A stretch of DNA of 64,000 nt from a virus: the IMG/VR virus record IMGVR_UViG_3300044981_000152, positions 1 to 64,000 of that record; one strand, 5' to 3'. Under the pieces are notes generated by a model, which saw only the letters and a list, made by a program, of their open reading frames with translations, was not told the origin of the DNA and searched no databases. Both the position numbers and the translations under genes were made by a program. Shown one piece after another: positions 1 to 7,960 of the stretch. How positions within the stretch are numbered: the first letter of the stretch is position 1; every line of letters starts with the position of its first letter.

Positions 1-1
1 C

Positions 2-280
2 GCCACCACGGTCCCCGGCAACCTGGCCCCGTACAGCGTGTACTGGGGCACCAACACCGGCATGTACCCGCTGTCCGCGGGGCTGGAGAACATCTACCTC
101 ATCAACAGGGACCGGAACTACGTGATTCGACCCTATGTTCGAGAGTGCCTGCCTGTCGATGTGTATCCGACCACCAGCTCTCCGGATACGCTGCCGTTCG
201 CATTGGTCGACGACACCACGTTCGCGGTGAGAGGCCCCAAGTACCTCGGCCGTTTGGCGCGAGTCGCGACCAGCGTTTGA
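2..280 (+). CDS. Probable major capsid protein, C-terminal fragment (5' end outside window)
   Basis: Frame is open from position 2 to TGA 278-280. It lies upstream of the connector and tail genes, and the ...PDTLPFALVDDTTFAVRGPKY ending resembles capsid C-termini. Confidence 0.6.
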   Translation, partial: ATTVPGNLAPYSVYWGTNTGMYPLSAGLENIYLINRDRNYVIRPYVRECLPVDVYPTTSSPDTLPFALVDDTTFAVRGPKYLGRLARVATSV

Positions 281-287
281 GCTGGGC

Positions 288-388
288 TTCTAGCCTTCCG
301 GTCTAGACCTGCCGGGAGACTAGAACTCCGGAGTACTGACCGGGCCAGGACCGTGCCGATTCCCGCTGCCGGCGCTGTCCTGGCCCGG
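288..388 (+). promoter_or_regulatory. Two tandem stem-loops after the capsid gene
   Basis: TTCTAG-CC-TTCCGG...CCGGGA-GA-CTAGAA (288-325) and CCGGGCCAGGAC...GTCCTGGCCCGG (340-388). Confidence 0.5.
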
Positions 389-408
389 CGTTCCGAGGAG
401 GAACCTTC

Positions 409-651
409 ATGCACATCAAGAAGAACCGCGGCGGCTCGGCCATCCGCTGGCGCGACGGCCGCGAGTACTCCTGGCCGGAGGACGGGTCGGTGTGCGAGGT
501 GCCGGACGAGCTCGGCCGGGACCTGCTCAGGCTCGACCCCGGCGAGCATACGCGGGTCGAACCGCCCAGGCCCGCGCCGAAAGCAGCAGCGACAAAGGCG
601 GCAGCCCCGGAGGCGGCGAAGCCCGCGGCGCCAGCCTCGGCGGGCAAGTAA
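409..651 (+). CDS. Small capsid-associated hypothetical protein with Ala/Lys/Pro tail
   Basis: GAGGAGG RBS, 80 aa, directly after the capsid gene. Confidence 0.7.
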   Translation: MHIKKNRGGSAIRWRDGREYSWPEDGSVCEVPDELGRDLLRLDPGEHTRVEPPRPAPKAAATKAAAPEAAKPAAPASAGK

Positions 652-656
652 GCCGC

Positions 657-1289
657 TCACGTCGCCCGCGGCTGGCCCATGACCTCGGCGATCAGGCCCT
701 GCGTCAGCGGCTGGTGGGCGATCAGGAACTCCTTACGGCCCGGCTGCGTCGTGACGCCCGGGATGTGGTCCGGGCAGAGCACCTGGCCGCCGGTCATGAC
801 GATGCCGGCCTGGACGTTCGGGCAGGCCTGCGGGTTCGGGGCGGCCGGGTCGGCGGATGGCTGCAGGTGCTGGGGCAGGAACATGAGCACGTTCACCTGC
901 TGGCGGCGCGGGTCGTCCGGCGGCCAGTGATACGTCGCGGCGATCATCTCAGCTTCGGCGGCTTTCAGGTCGTCGCCGTGCTGGCCGACCCAGCTGATCC
1001 GGGCGATGACGCAGGTCGCGCACTGGAACGGGCTGCCGATGGTGCGGACCGGGACCTGGGACAAGGCCTGCGTCATCGCCTGGAACAGCATTCCGGGCAG
1101 CGTCTCCTTCAGGGCGCCGGCGACTGCCTCGCCGATGAGCTTAGAGGCGTTCGGCTGCAGGCCTGGCGGGACGCGGTGCCCGTTGGGCGTGTGACCGGGC
1201 GGGGCAGCCTCGTCCGTCTCGGAGGCGGCATCGGCAGCGGGGATCTCGGCGGCCTGCTCGTCGTCGGCGCGGCGCGGGTGGTTTGTCAT
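657..1289 (-). CDS. Hypothetical protein (CxxC), antisense to late operon
   Basis: Protein-like ORF that fills the gap exactly. CATAAT-7nt-ATG suggests a leaderless start at 1289. Confidence 0.7.
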   Translation of the reverse strand: MTNHPRRADDEQAAEIPAADAASETDEAAPPGHTPNGHRVPPGLQPNASKLIGEAVAGALKETLPGMLFQAMTQALSQVPVRTIGSPFQCATCVIARISWVGQHGDDLKAAEAEMIAATYHWPPDDPRRQQVNVLMFLPQHLQPSADPAAPNPQACPNVQAGIVMTGGQVLCPDHIPGVTTQPGRKEFLIAHQPLTQGLIAEVMGQPRAT

Positions 1290-1327
1290 GCACCGCATTA
1301 TGGCAGCGAGTGGAGCAAGGCGGTGTC

Positions 1328-1996
1328 ATGCCCGACGCAGACAGCCCTGTTCCCTTGTGCTCGGTCAGCCAGTTCACGTCTGGGCCATACACCGATCTAG
1401 TTTCCGGCTACTCCTCGACGGCCTTGTCGGACCTGATGATCGAGGCGACGCGGGCGTGCGAGTCGGAGGTCGGCCACCGGCTGGCCCCGTTCACGGGCAT
1501 CACCGAAAGCCACCGGCTCGAGGGGATGGACCCGGACGAGTACACCGACTCCGCCAACCTCCCGATGGACCTCCAGGGCACACTGGGCAGGTCATACGCG
1601 TACGCGCTGGGCGCGAGCACCCTGGTCCGGCACTGCTGGCTGAATGAGAAGCCGGTCCGCTACCAGGAACTGTGGTCATACTCGGTTTCCCAGCTCAAGC
1701 TGGTCCGCTCCTACGGCGGCAGCGAGCTGCTGACCCCGAGCCAGTACACCGGGCCGGACATCGACACCGGGCACATCTGGCTGAACCTGGGCATCTTCGC
1801 GCCGATCGGATCGTACGCCTACCCGGTGTACTCGGGCGGGTACACGGCGGCGATCCCCGGTGACCTGGTGCGGGCCTGCCGGTACATGGCGGCGTGGATG
1901 GCGATCCGGGACCTGAACCCGAACACCACCGACCATGACCCGGAAGCGCTGCACACCGACGCGCTGATGCTGCTGTCGAACTATATGCCGACCTGA
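1328..1996 (+). CDS. Head-to-tail adaptor (connector)
   Basis: Position, plus the LMIEATRACE and Y-x-GGY..IPGDLVRAC motifs typical of gp6/gp15-like adaptors. Confidence 0.65.
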   Translation: MPDADSPVPLCSVSQFTSGPYTDLVSGYSSTALSDLMIEATRACESEVGHRLAPFTGITESHRLEGMDPDEYTDSANLPMDLQGTLGRSYAYALGASTLVRHCWLNEKPVRYQELWSYSVSQLKLVRSYGGSELLTPSQYTGPDIDTGHIWLNLGIFAPIGSYAYPVYSGGYTAAIPGDLVRACRYMAAWMAIRDLNPNTTDHDPEALHTDALMLLSNYMPT

Positions 1997-1998
1997 CC

Positions 1999-2289
1999 GT
2001 GGCCGCCCGCAAGGTGGTTCACGAGAAGCCGCGGAAGCAGGACGGGCGGGGCGCCCGGCATCCGTGCACGGTCGGCAAAGCCAAGGCGAAGGCCGCGCCG
2101 AAGCCGAAGGTCAACGCCGCCGCGACCAAGAAGGCCACCGTCAAGGCCGCCAGGCGCGCGGCCGGGAGCCGCAAGGCCAAGGTCGGGGCGGCTAAGAGCG
2201 CGGCCAGGACGGTCAAGGCCCGCGTGGCAGCGGCGAAGACGGCAGCGCGGGCGTCGGGGAAGACCGCGGCAGCTAAGAAGCCGTGCTAG
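1999..2289 (+). CDS. Lys/Ala-rich basic, histone H1-like protein
   Basis: 96 aa dominated by K/A/R. Fills the gap between connector genes. Confidence 0.6.
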   Translation: MAARKVVHEKPRKQDGRGARHPCTVGKAKAKAAPKPKVNAAATKKATVKAARRAAGSRKAKVGAAKSAARTVKARVAAAKTAARASGKTAAAKKPC

Positions 2290-2303
2290 CGAGGCGGTGA
2301 CCG

Positions 2304-2792
2304 ATGTCGACCGCTGACGTAGTGGCCAGGGAGACCGCCTGGCTCCAGGCCGCAGGCGATAGCCTGCCCGCGCTCCTGACGGCTAACAGCGGCCCGTGGC
2401 AGGTCGTCCAGGCGTACTGGCCCCGCACCCCGCACGCCAACCAGCGCGGCATCTACGTCGTCCGGGCGAGGCTGCTGGACCCGCGCGTGTCGTCCCAGCG
2501 GATCCGGCCCCGCTACCAGCTCACCCTCAAATGCGTGTGGCCGGTCGTGGCCACGTCCGCAGGGCTGCTGGAATCCGAGCAGCAGAACCTGGACAGCGCC
2601 CTGGACCCTTTGATGCAGCGGATCCGCGGCCCCGTCGGTGATAAGTCCCACGGCGGCCGGTTCCTGAGCGCGGGGGAGAACCCGCGCACGGTCGACGTGC
2701 CGTTCGAGGACCCGGAACGGACCATGGCCGCCGCGAAACGGCTCCTGGCGACGGTCGTTTACTTCATCGACGATTTCGAGATCAGCGGCTGA
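2304..2792 (+). CDS. Putative tail terminator/completion protein
   Basis: Size (162 aa), position before the tail tube genes, RBS GAGGCGGTG. Confidence 0.5.
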   Translation: MSTADVVARETAWLQAAGDSLPALLTANSGPWQVVQAYWPRTPHANQRGIYVVRARLLDPRVSSQRIRPRYQLTLKCVWPVVATSAGLLESEQQNLDSALDPLMQRIRGPVGDKSHGGRFLSAGENPRTVDVPFEDPERTMAAAKRLLATVVYFIDDFEISG

Positions 2793-2817
2793 GCGGCGGT
2801 CACGACGCCAGCCCCGC

Positions 2818-3384
2818 TCAGTCCCTTCGGCAGTCCGCGTCCCGGCAGCCCGGCCCCGCGCTGCATGGCTCGTACGAGCCGCCGCCGTCCAGCCGCCGGA
2901 CCTCGCCCAGCGCACATTCCAGTGCGCTCACGGTGTCCGGGTGGTCGTGGTGGCAGCGCCAGGAGTCGCGCCGGGCTGGGCGGCTTCCTTCCGGATAGGT
3001 GGCCCTCACCGCGCCGTAACGGCTCCCGCGCCAGCCGCTGCCGCCCGTCATGATGTCCCGGCCGCGGTCCCGCGCCAGCTGCTGAAGGCTGAACTGGCGC
3101 CTGTAGTCCGTGGCCGTCATCACGCCACTGCGGTTCCTGGCCTTGCCTAGCTCGTCGCGCAACCGGGTGACCTCGCGGGCCCACTCTGCCAGCGGATGGG
3201 TACTCAGGTGCGAGGCTACTTGCACCTCGACGGCCATAGCCCGGCGCCGGGCTACGTCAAGGACCGGATCGCCGAGGGACGTGATCAGCTCCGTCTCGCT
3301 CATCGGCAGCTCGGCATGCGTCCATTCGCACAGCGGGCAGTGGTAGAGAGTCGTCCCGGCCGGAAGCTGCTCAGTGTCGCTCAT
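2818..3384 (-). CDS. Hypothetical Cys/His-rich protein, antisense
   Basis: Start overlaps the stop of 3381-3671 (ATGA). Contains CPLC...H and CHHDH motifs. Confidence 0.6.
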   Translation of the reverse strand: MSDTEQLPAGTTLYHCPLCEWTHAELPMSETELITSLGDPVLDVARRRAMAVEVQVASHLSTHPLAEWAREVTRLRDELGKARNRSGVMTATDYRRQFSLQQLARDRGRDIMTGGSGWRGSRYGAVRATYPEGSRPARRDSWRCHHDHPDTVSALECALGEVRRLDGGGSYEPCSAGPGCRDADCRRD

Positions 3385-3671
3385 GCGGACACGCGCTCCA
3401 GTTTCCAGCCGGCGCCGAGGATGGCGCGAGCCACGGCGCGCGGAGCGTGGCTGCTGACCATTGCGGCGGCGGTCTCCAGAACGTCCGTCAGCTCATCCAT
3501 CTCGGCTGACGGTTCGCTCTCGTCCGCCAGCGTGACCAGGTAGGCAACCCACTGCCGGAGCTGGGCCAGCGTGAGCCAGTCGTGCGGTGGCACCACGTGC
3601 ACCAGTACCTGAAGGCCCGAGTCATCGATCTGGACGGTGCCGGGGACGTCGTTGATCGGCAAGTCGCTCAT
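3381..3671 (-). CDS. Hypothetical protein, antisense
   Basis: TACCGT-7nt-ATG leaderless-type start and a protein-like sequence. Confidence 0.65.
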   Translation of the reverse strand: MSDLPINDVPGTVQIDDSGLQVLVHVVPPHDWLTLAQLRQWVAYLVTLADESEPSAEMDELTDVLETAAAMVSSHAPRAVARAILGAGWKLERVSA

Positions 3672-3700
3672 GGCCATCACGGTAGCGGCTAGGCGGGTGG

Positions 3701-4876
3701 ATGACCTACCTCAGCAGGACCGCCAAGCTCGGGATCGCCGCCGAGGCGACCGCCAGCCAGTACACCGCGCCTGTCTTCACCGTCCCGTTCCTGCCCGGCG
3801 CGACCCGGTACTCCGATCACATCACCCAGCTGTACGACCGGACCGCCCGCGCCACCGACACCGATACCCAGGACATCCAGCAGGGGCCCTGGTGGTCGGC
3901 GTGGCAGGTCACGTCCGACTGTTACGCGGACTGGGCCGGGTTCCTGTACCGGGCCCTGGTCGGCCCGGACACGTTCACTCCGGGCACCTCGACAACGTTC
4001 GCCCAGCCGTCAGCGGCCGGGGCGGCGTCGGTGTACCTCGCCGCCCCGCCGCCGGCGGGCGCGGTCATGCAGCTCGGCTCGGGCACCGCCCTTGAGTGGG
4101 CGCAGACCGGCACGCCCTCCGGATCCGGCCCGTACCTCGTGCCTGTCACCAGCCCGGTCACGGGCCTCCGGTTCGGCCACGGCGCGGGCGATCCGGCCCT
4201 GTCCCGCGCCACCCACGTGTTCACCCAGCACCGGGTCATCGGCCAGGCGTGGCCGTCGTACAGCTTCACCAGCGACGACGGGACAGAATCGCTCGGCTGG
4301 CCGGGCTGCTTCCTCGGCGAGGCGCGGCTGCAGGTCCGGCACGACGCCTGGGCGAAGCTGGTCTCCAAGTGGAACGGGTGGCCGCCCGCCGCCGCGGCAA
4401 CCTTCACCGAAGCCGAGACGGGCGCGCAGCCGTTCGCCGGATGGTCCTGGCAGGTCACCACCGCCGGCGGCACCTCGACCCGCGGCGTCGACCTGGACCT
4501 GGCGCTGGCCCGGAAACTCCAGGTCACCCCCGCCTGCAACGGCTACCAGGGGCCGTACTTCATCGGTGCCGGGCCGCTGAACGCATCGGGGTCATACTCG
4601 GCGATCTTCGGCACGACCGCCGACCTGAACCTGTACCGGCAGGCCATCCAGGAGCCGGCGGTCATGACGCTGGCCCAGCCGGTGCTGCAGGGCGGGTCGT
4701 CGATCGCGGTCACCGCGTCGCTTACCGGGTGGACGCAAGGCGAGGTCTCGCTGGCCGGCGACTACGTGACGGCCAAGTTCAGGTACAGCGGGATCGCGAA
4801 CACGACGGATTCGCCATTCGCCGGGGTCGGCAGCGTAGTCGTCCAGAACTACTATCAGGCCGCATATGGCCCCTGA
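3701..4876 (+). CDS. Tail tube-like protein, paralog 1
   Basis: Shares DIQQGP, LRFGH and NGYQGPYFIG motifs collinearly with 5573-6844. N-terminus LGIAAE.T...Y is tube-like. Confidence 0.7.
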   Translation: MTYLSRTAKLGIAAEATASQYTAPVFTVPFLPGATRYSDHITQLYDRTARATDTDTQDIQQGPWWSAWQVTSDCYADWAGFLYRALVGPDTFTPGTSTTFAQPSAAGAASVYLAAPPPAGAVMQLGSGTALEWAQTGTPSGSGPYLVPVTSPVTGLRFGHGAGDPALSRATHVFTQHRVIGQAWPSYSFTSDDGTESLGWPGCFLGEARLQVRHDAWAKLVSKWNGWPPAAAATFTEAETGAQPFAGWSWQVTTAGGTSTRGVDLDLALARKLQVTPACNGYQGPYFIGAGPLNASGSYSAIFGTTADLNLYRQAIQEPAVMTLAQPVLQGGSSIAVTASLTGWTQGEVSLAGDYVTAKFRYSGIANTTDSPFAGVGSVVVQNYYQAAYGP

Positions 4877-4903
4877 GCCGGTCGTTTTAGCGAACGATTC
4901 CAG

Positions 4904-5161
4904 TTACCGGGACAGGCGCCGGAAAGTGATCTGGAAACGCCAGCAGAGCCGCCCCGGCTGCTCGGCCGTCATGATCCGGGCGGTCTGCCAGTCCGGCCGG
5001 CAGAGGGTCGTGTGACGCAGGGCGTACATCGCGAGGCGCGCAGCCAGCCAGCGCGGGCCGCAAGCCTGGATGTAGGCGCTTCCCCGGTCGTCCCAACTGC
5101 GCGTGCCGATGTTGAGTGTCCGCGCGATGCCCTTGCGGTGCAGCCAACCATAAGCGCTCAT
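4904..5161 (-). CDS. Hypothetical protein, antisense
   Basis: GACCAT-7nt-ATG leaderless-type start. Fills the gap between the tail genes. Confidence 0.5.
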   Translation of the reverse strand: MSAYGWLHRKGIARTLNIGTRSWDDRGSAYIQACGPRWLAARLAMYALRHTTLCRPDWQTARIMTAEQPGRLCWRFQITFRRLSR

Positions 5162-5316
5162 GCCCGCCATGGTCCCACGCCTGAACTGTCACGCGAGCCG
5201 GGGGCCGGGGCTGGTGGAGGTGCCGGAAGCGGGCCGGTGCCTCCTCCTGTCCCGGTCACCCGCTACCGGTCATCACCCGCGCCCGTCGCCCCTTCTCGCC
5301 GCCTGGAGGCCGCCGC

Positions 5317-5571
5317 ATGCCCGAGTACCGCTTCGCCGGCCCGGTCCCCTACGACTACCCGGCCTCCAGGGACGCTAAGGGCGCACCCCTCGGAACCGTG
5401 GAGCCCGGCGCTACCCAGGATCTGGACGAGGCCCCCGACTGGTGGTGGGTGCCCGCCGGCGACGGCGGCGGCGGCGGGAGCACGGAACCCGCCGGCCCGC
5501 AGCCGGCCCCGCCCGCAGCCATCCCGCAGCCCACCGACGAGGCCGGCGTGACCGGCAGCGAGGAGAACTGA
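5317..5571 (+). CDS. Small acidic hypothetical protein
   Basis: GGAGG RBS. Abuts the next gene. Confidence 0.7.
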   Translation: MPEYRFAGPVPYDYPASRDAKGAPLGTVEPGATQDLDEAPDWWWVPAGDGGGGGSTEPAGPQPAPPAAIPQPTDEAGVTGSEEN

Positions 5572-5572
5572 G

Positions 5573-6844
5573 ATGCCTGCGCCTGCGCCTCCGACCACCG
5601 TCTACCCGGTATGCGAACAGCTCCTCCAGGCCGCCAAGGAGATCGGCGGCTTCGCCGTCTCCCCGGCCACCCAGGCGTCGTACTCCAGCATCCCGGTCGC
5701 CGGGTTCACCCCGTCGCCCAAGGTGACCTGGATCGAGGACAGCTCGATGTGGGGCGACTTCGTGAAGACCCACGACGTCCAGCAGGGCCCGATCTGGGCG
5801 GAAAGCGAGATCAAGGAATCGCCCCTGTACGGCGACACGTTCCCCCTGTTCGCGTACAACCTGATGGGCGACCTGGTGTCCACGGGCACCACCGCGTCGC
5901 CGACGTGGACGACCTCCGGCGCCCTGGCAGCGGGCGCGACGAGCATCCCGGTCACCTCCGGGTCGGTCGCCGTCTCGGGGACCTTCATCCAGGTCGACAC
6001 CCTCGCCGGCGACACCGAGTGCGTGATCGTCGGCTCCGGCTCGACGTCCACCAACATCGTGCTGAACGCGACGACGCCGCTGCGGTTCAGTCACCTGACC
6101 GGGATCACGATCACGACCGTCGTGGCACCGTTCACGCACACGATCAGCCTGCTGAACCCGTACGGCAACACGGGCGTCACCACAGGGCAGGGGCCGACCC
6201 ACACGTTCGTCCACCGGACCAACATCCCCGGCGTCGGCAACAACTACGCCTGGTCGTTCGCCTACGGCGTGATGAGCGAGATCTCGATCATGGGCAAGGC
6301 ATCGGGGGCGCTGACCTGGGCCGGGAAGGTGACGCACTACTCCCGCGCCTACCCGGCGTTCGTCCCGCTGCCCGGCTTCTCGACAGTGCGGATGATCCCC
6401 GCGTGGAAGGGCCAGACCACCGTCGCGTCCTCGGTGCTGAACGACGTCACCCAGTGGACGGTCAAGCTGGCCCGGCAGGTCGAGACCACGCCCACCGCCG
6501 ACGGCTACCAGAACCCCTACCTGATCGGCCGCGGCAACGTCGACGCCACGTGGAACCTGACCTACGACCCGGCCCTGGACGAGTCGCCGCTGTCCCACGT
6601 CCTGACCAACGACCAGCCCACCTTCGCGTACTCGATCAGCAACGGCGGCTCCGGCGCCGGGCTCGTGGCGTTCAACATGGCCGCACAGCTGGCCGCGTAC
6701 AAAGATTCCCCACTCAAAATGGATAAAACATTTTTTGGTTGGGAAGCGACAGGAGATTTTATTGGTAACACAACTAATGCCGGAAATAGTCTAGGCCGGA
6801 GCCCCATCAGCCTCGTCTTCCAGAACGCCACCCCTACTTACTAG
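5573..6844 (+). CDS. Major tail (tube) protein, paralog 2
   Basis: Lies directly upstream of the chaperone and tape measure genes. Thr/Ser/Gly-rich beta protein ending in N....Y. Confidence 0.75.
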   Translation: MPAPAPPTTVYPVCEQLLQAAKEIGGFAVSPATQASYSSIPVAGFTPSPKVTWIEDSSMWGDFVKTHDVQQGPIWAESEIKESPLYGDTFPLFAYNLMGDLVSTGTTASPTWTTSGALAAGATSIPVTSGSVAVSGTFIQVDTLAGDTECVIVGSGSTSTNIVLNATTPLRFSHLTGITITTVVAPFTHTISLLNPYGNTGVTTGQGPTHTFVHRTNIPGVGNNYAWSFAYGVMSEISIMGKASGALTWAGKVTHYSRAYPAFVPLPGFSTVRMIPAWKGQTTVASSVLNDVTQWTVKLARQVETTPTADGYQNPYLIGRGNVDATWNLTYDPALDESPLSHVLTNDQPTFAYSISNGGSGAGLVAFNMAAQLAAYKDSPLKMDKTFFGWEATGDFIGNTTNAGNSLGRSPISLVFQNATPTY

Positions 6845-6901
6845 ATGTAACTAGGCTGCTTCTTCCTGTGACATCTTCCCCTTCCCGCAAAGCGAGGCTG
6901 A

Positions 6902-7369
6902 ATGAAGCGTCACCTGGTCCCCGGGACCGAGCACTGGTTCGACCTGAGGGACCTGTCCGAGCTCAACAGCGACCACCAGGACGAGTACAACGCCGCCGCG
7001 ATCGACATCAGGCTGGCGAAGCAGAAGGCCGCCGCCGAGGCGATCGCCGCCGCGAACCCGGCCGTGATCCCGGACCCGGACCAGGACATCCCGGTGCGCC
7101 TGACCGCGGTCGACACCCGGCCGGTGCGGGACCTGCTGCTGTCGTGGATCCTGGCCGGTTCCTCGTTCGGCGTGCCGCTGCCGTGGCCGCTGCCGCTCGT
7201 CCCGTGGAACGTGCTCCGCAAGGCGCTCGAACCGTACTACGACGCGCTCAACGGCGAGATCCCCGAGGTCCCAAAAGAGGCGCCGACCGGTTCGGATGGC
7301 AGTACCACCTCGGCGAGTACCTCCGGGGAAACTGTCCCTGCCCCCCCGGCGGAGCAACCCCCGGCGTGA
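6902..7369 (+). CDS. Tail assembly chaperone (gpG-like)
   Basis: Between the tube and tape measure genes. Contains an in-frame slippery heptamer. Confidence 0.7.
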   Translation: MKRHLVPGTEHWFDLRDLSELNSDHQDEYNAAAIDIRLAKQKAAAEAIAAANPAVIPDPDQDIPVRLTAVDTRPVRDLLLSWILAGSSFGVPLPWPLPLVPWNVLRKALEPYYDALNGEIPEVPKEAPTGSDGSTTSASTSGETVPAPPAEQPPA

Positions 7370-7500
7370 TCCGGCACGCCCGGTGGATCGCGGAGGGCCG
7401 CGTCCACCCGAGAGGCCCCAAGGACATCCCGCTGGCGGTCGGCAACTGGGTGGACCCGGTGGCGCAGGCGCTCCACGCGATACGGAACGGGCGGCAATGA
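7270..7500 (+). CDS. -1 frameshift extension of the chaperone (gpGT-like)
   Basis: C CCA AAA at 7270-7276 fits X XXY YYZ in the chaperone frame. The -1 frame stays open to 7500. Confidence 0.65.
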   Translation, partial: PKRGADRFGWQYHLGEYLRGNCPCPPGGATPGVIRHARWIAEGRVHPRGPKDIPLAVGNWVDPVAQALHAIRNGRQ

Positions 7501-7501
7501 C

Positions 7502-7915
7502 GTGAACCTCGCCGAGTTCGCCGCCGCTGCGCGGGACCTGGCGGAGCGAGCCAAGGCTGAGCTCGCGATCGAGGTCGCCCGCGCCGGGGCGAAGGAGCTG
7601 CTCGCCGCGCTGGAGGTGACGACCCCGGTGCGTACCGGGGCGCTGCGGGCCAGCGAGGAGATCCGCGAGGTGAGCGGCTCCGGGGCGTTCGCCACGGCAC
7701 TGGTCGGGCCGGACATCGTGTATGACCGGATCCAGAACGACGGCGGCACCATCCACGTCAAGCGGGCCAAGGTGCTGGGAACGCCCGAGGCCGGGTTCTT
7801 CGGCAAGCAGGTCACGATCAAGGGCCAGCACTACATGGAGCGGGCTGAGGAAGAGGCCGCGCCGATGGTGGAGGCGGCCGGCCGGGCCGTGCTCGACGAG
7901 ATCCTGCACCTGTGA
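7502..7915 (+). CDS. HK97 gp10-like morphogenesis protein
   Basis: TPVRTGALRAS, Y..IQNDGG and GQHYMERA motifs. Confidence 0.8.
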   Translation: MNLAEFAAAARDLAERAKAELAIEVARAGAKELLAALEVTTPVRTGALRASEEIREVSGSGAFATALVGPDIVYDRIQNDGGTIHVKRAKVLGTPEAGFFGKQVTIKGQHYMERAEEEAAPMVEAAGRAVLDEILHL

Positions 7916-7960
7916 CCTGCCCGATCCGCTGATGGCCTCGCCGGGTGGTGATGACGGGCC

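Noticed and set aside
6701-6790. Diversity-generating retroelement variable region
   Set aside because: No reverse transcriptase or template repeat is seen in the window, and the changes look synonymous.
7325-7332. GGGGAAAC as the chaperone slippery site
   Set aside because: It is not phased as X XXY YYZ in the chaperone frame, whereas CCCAAAA at 7270 is.
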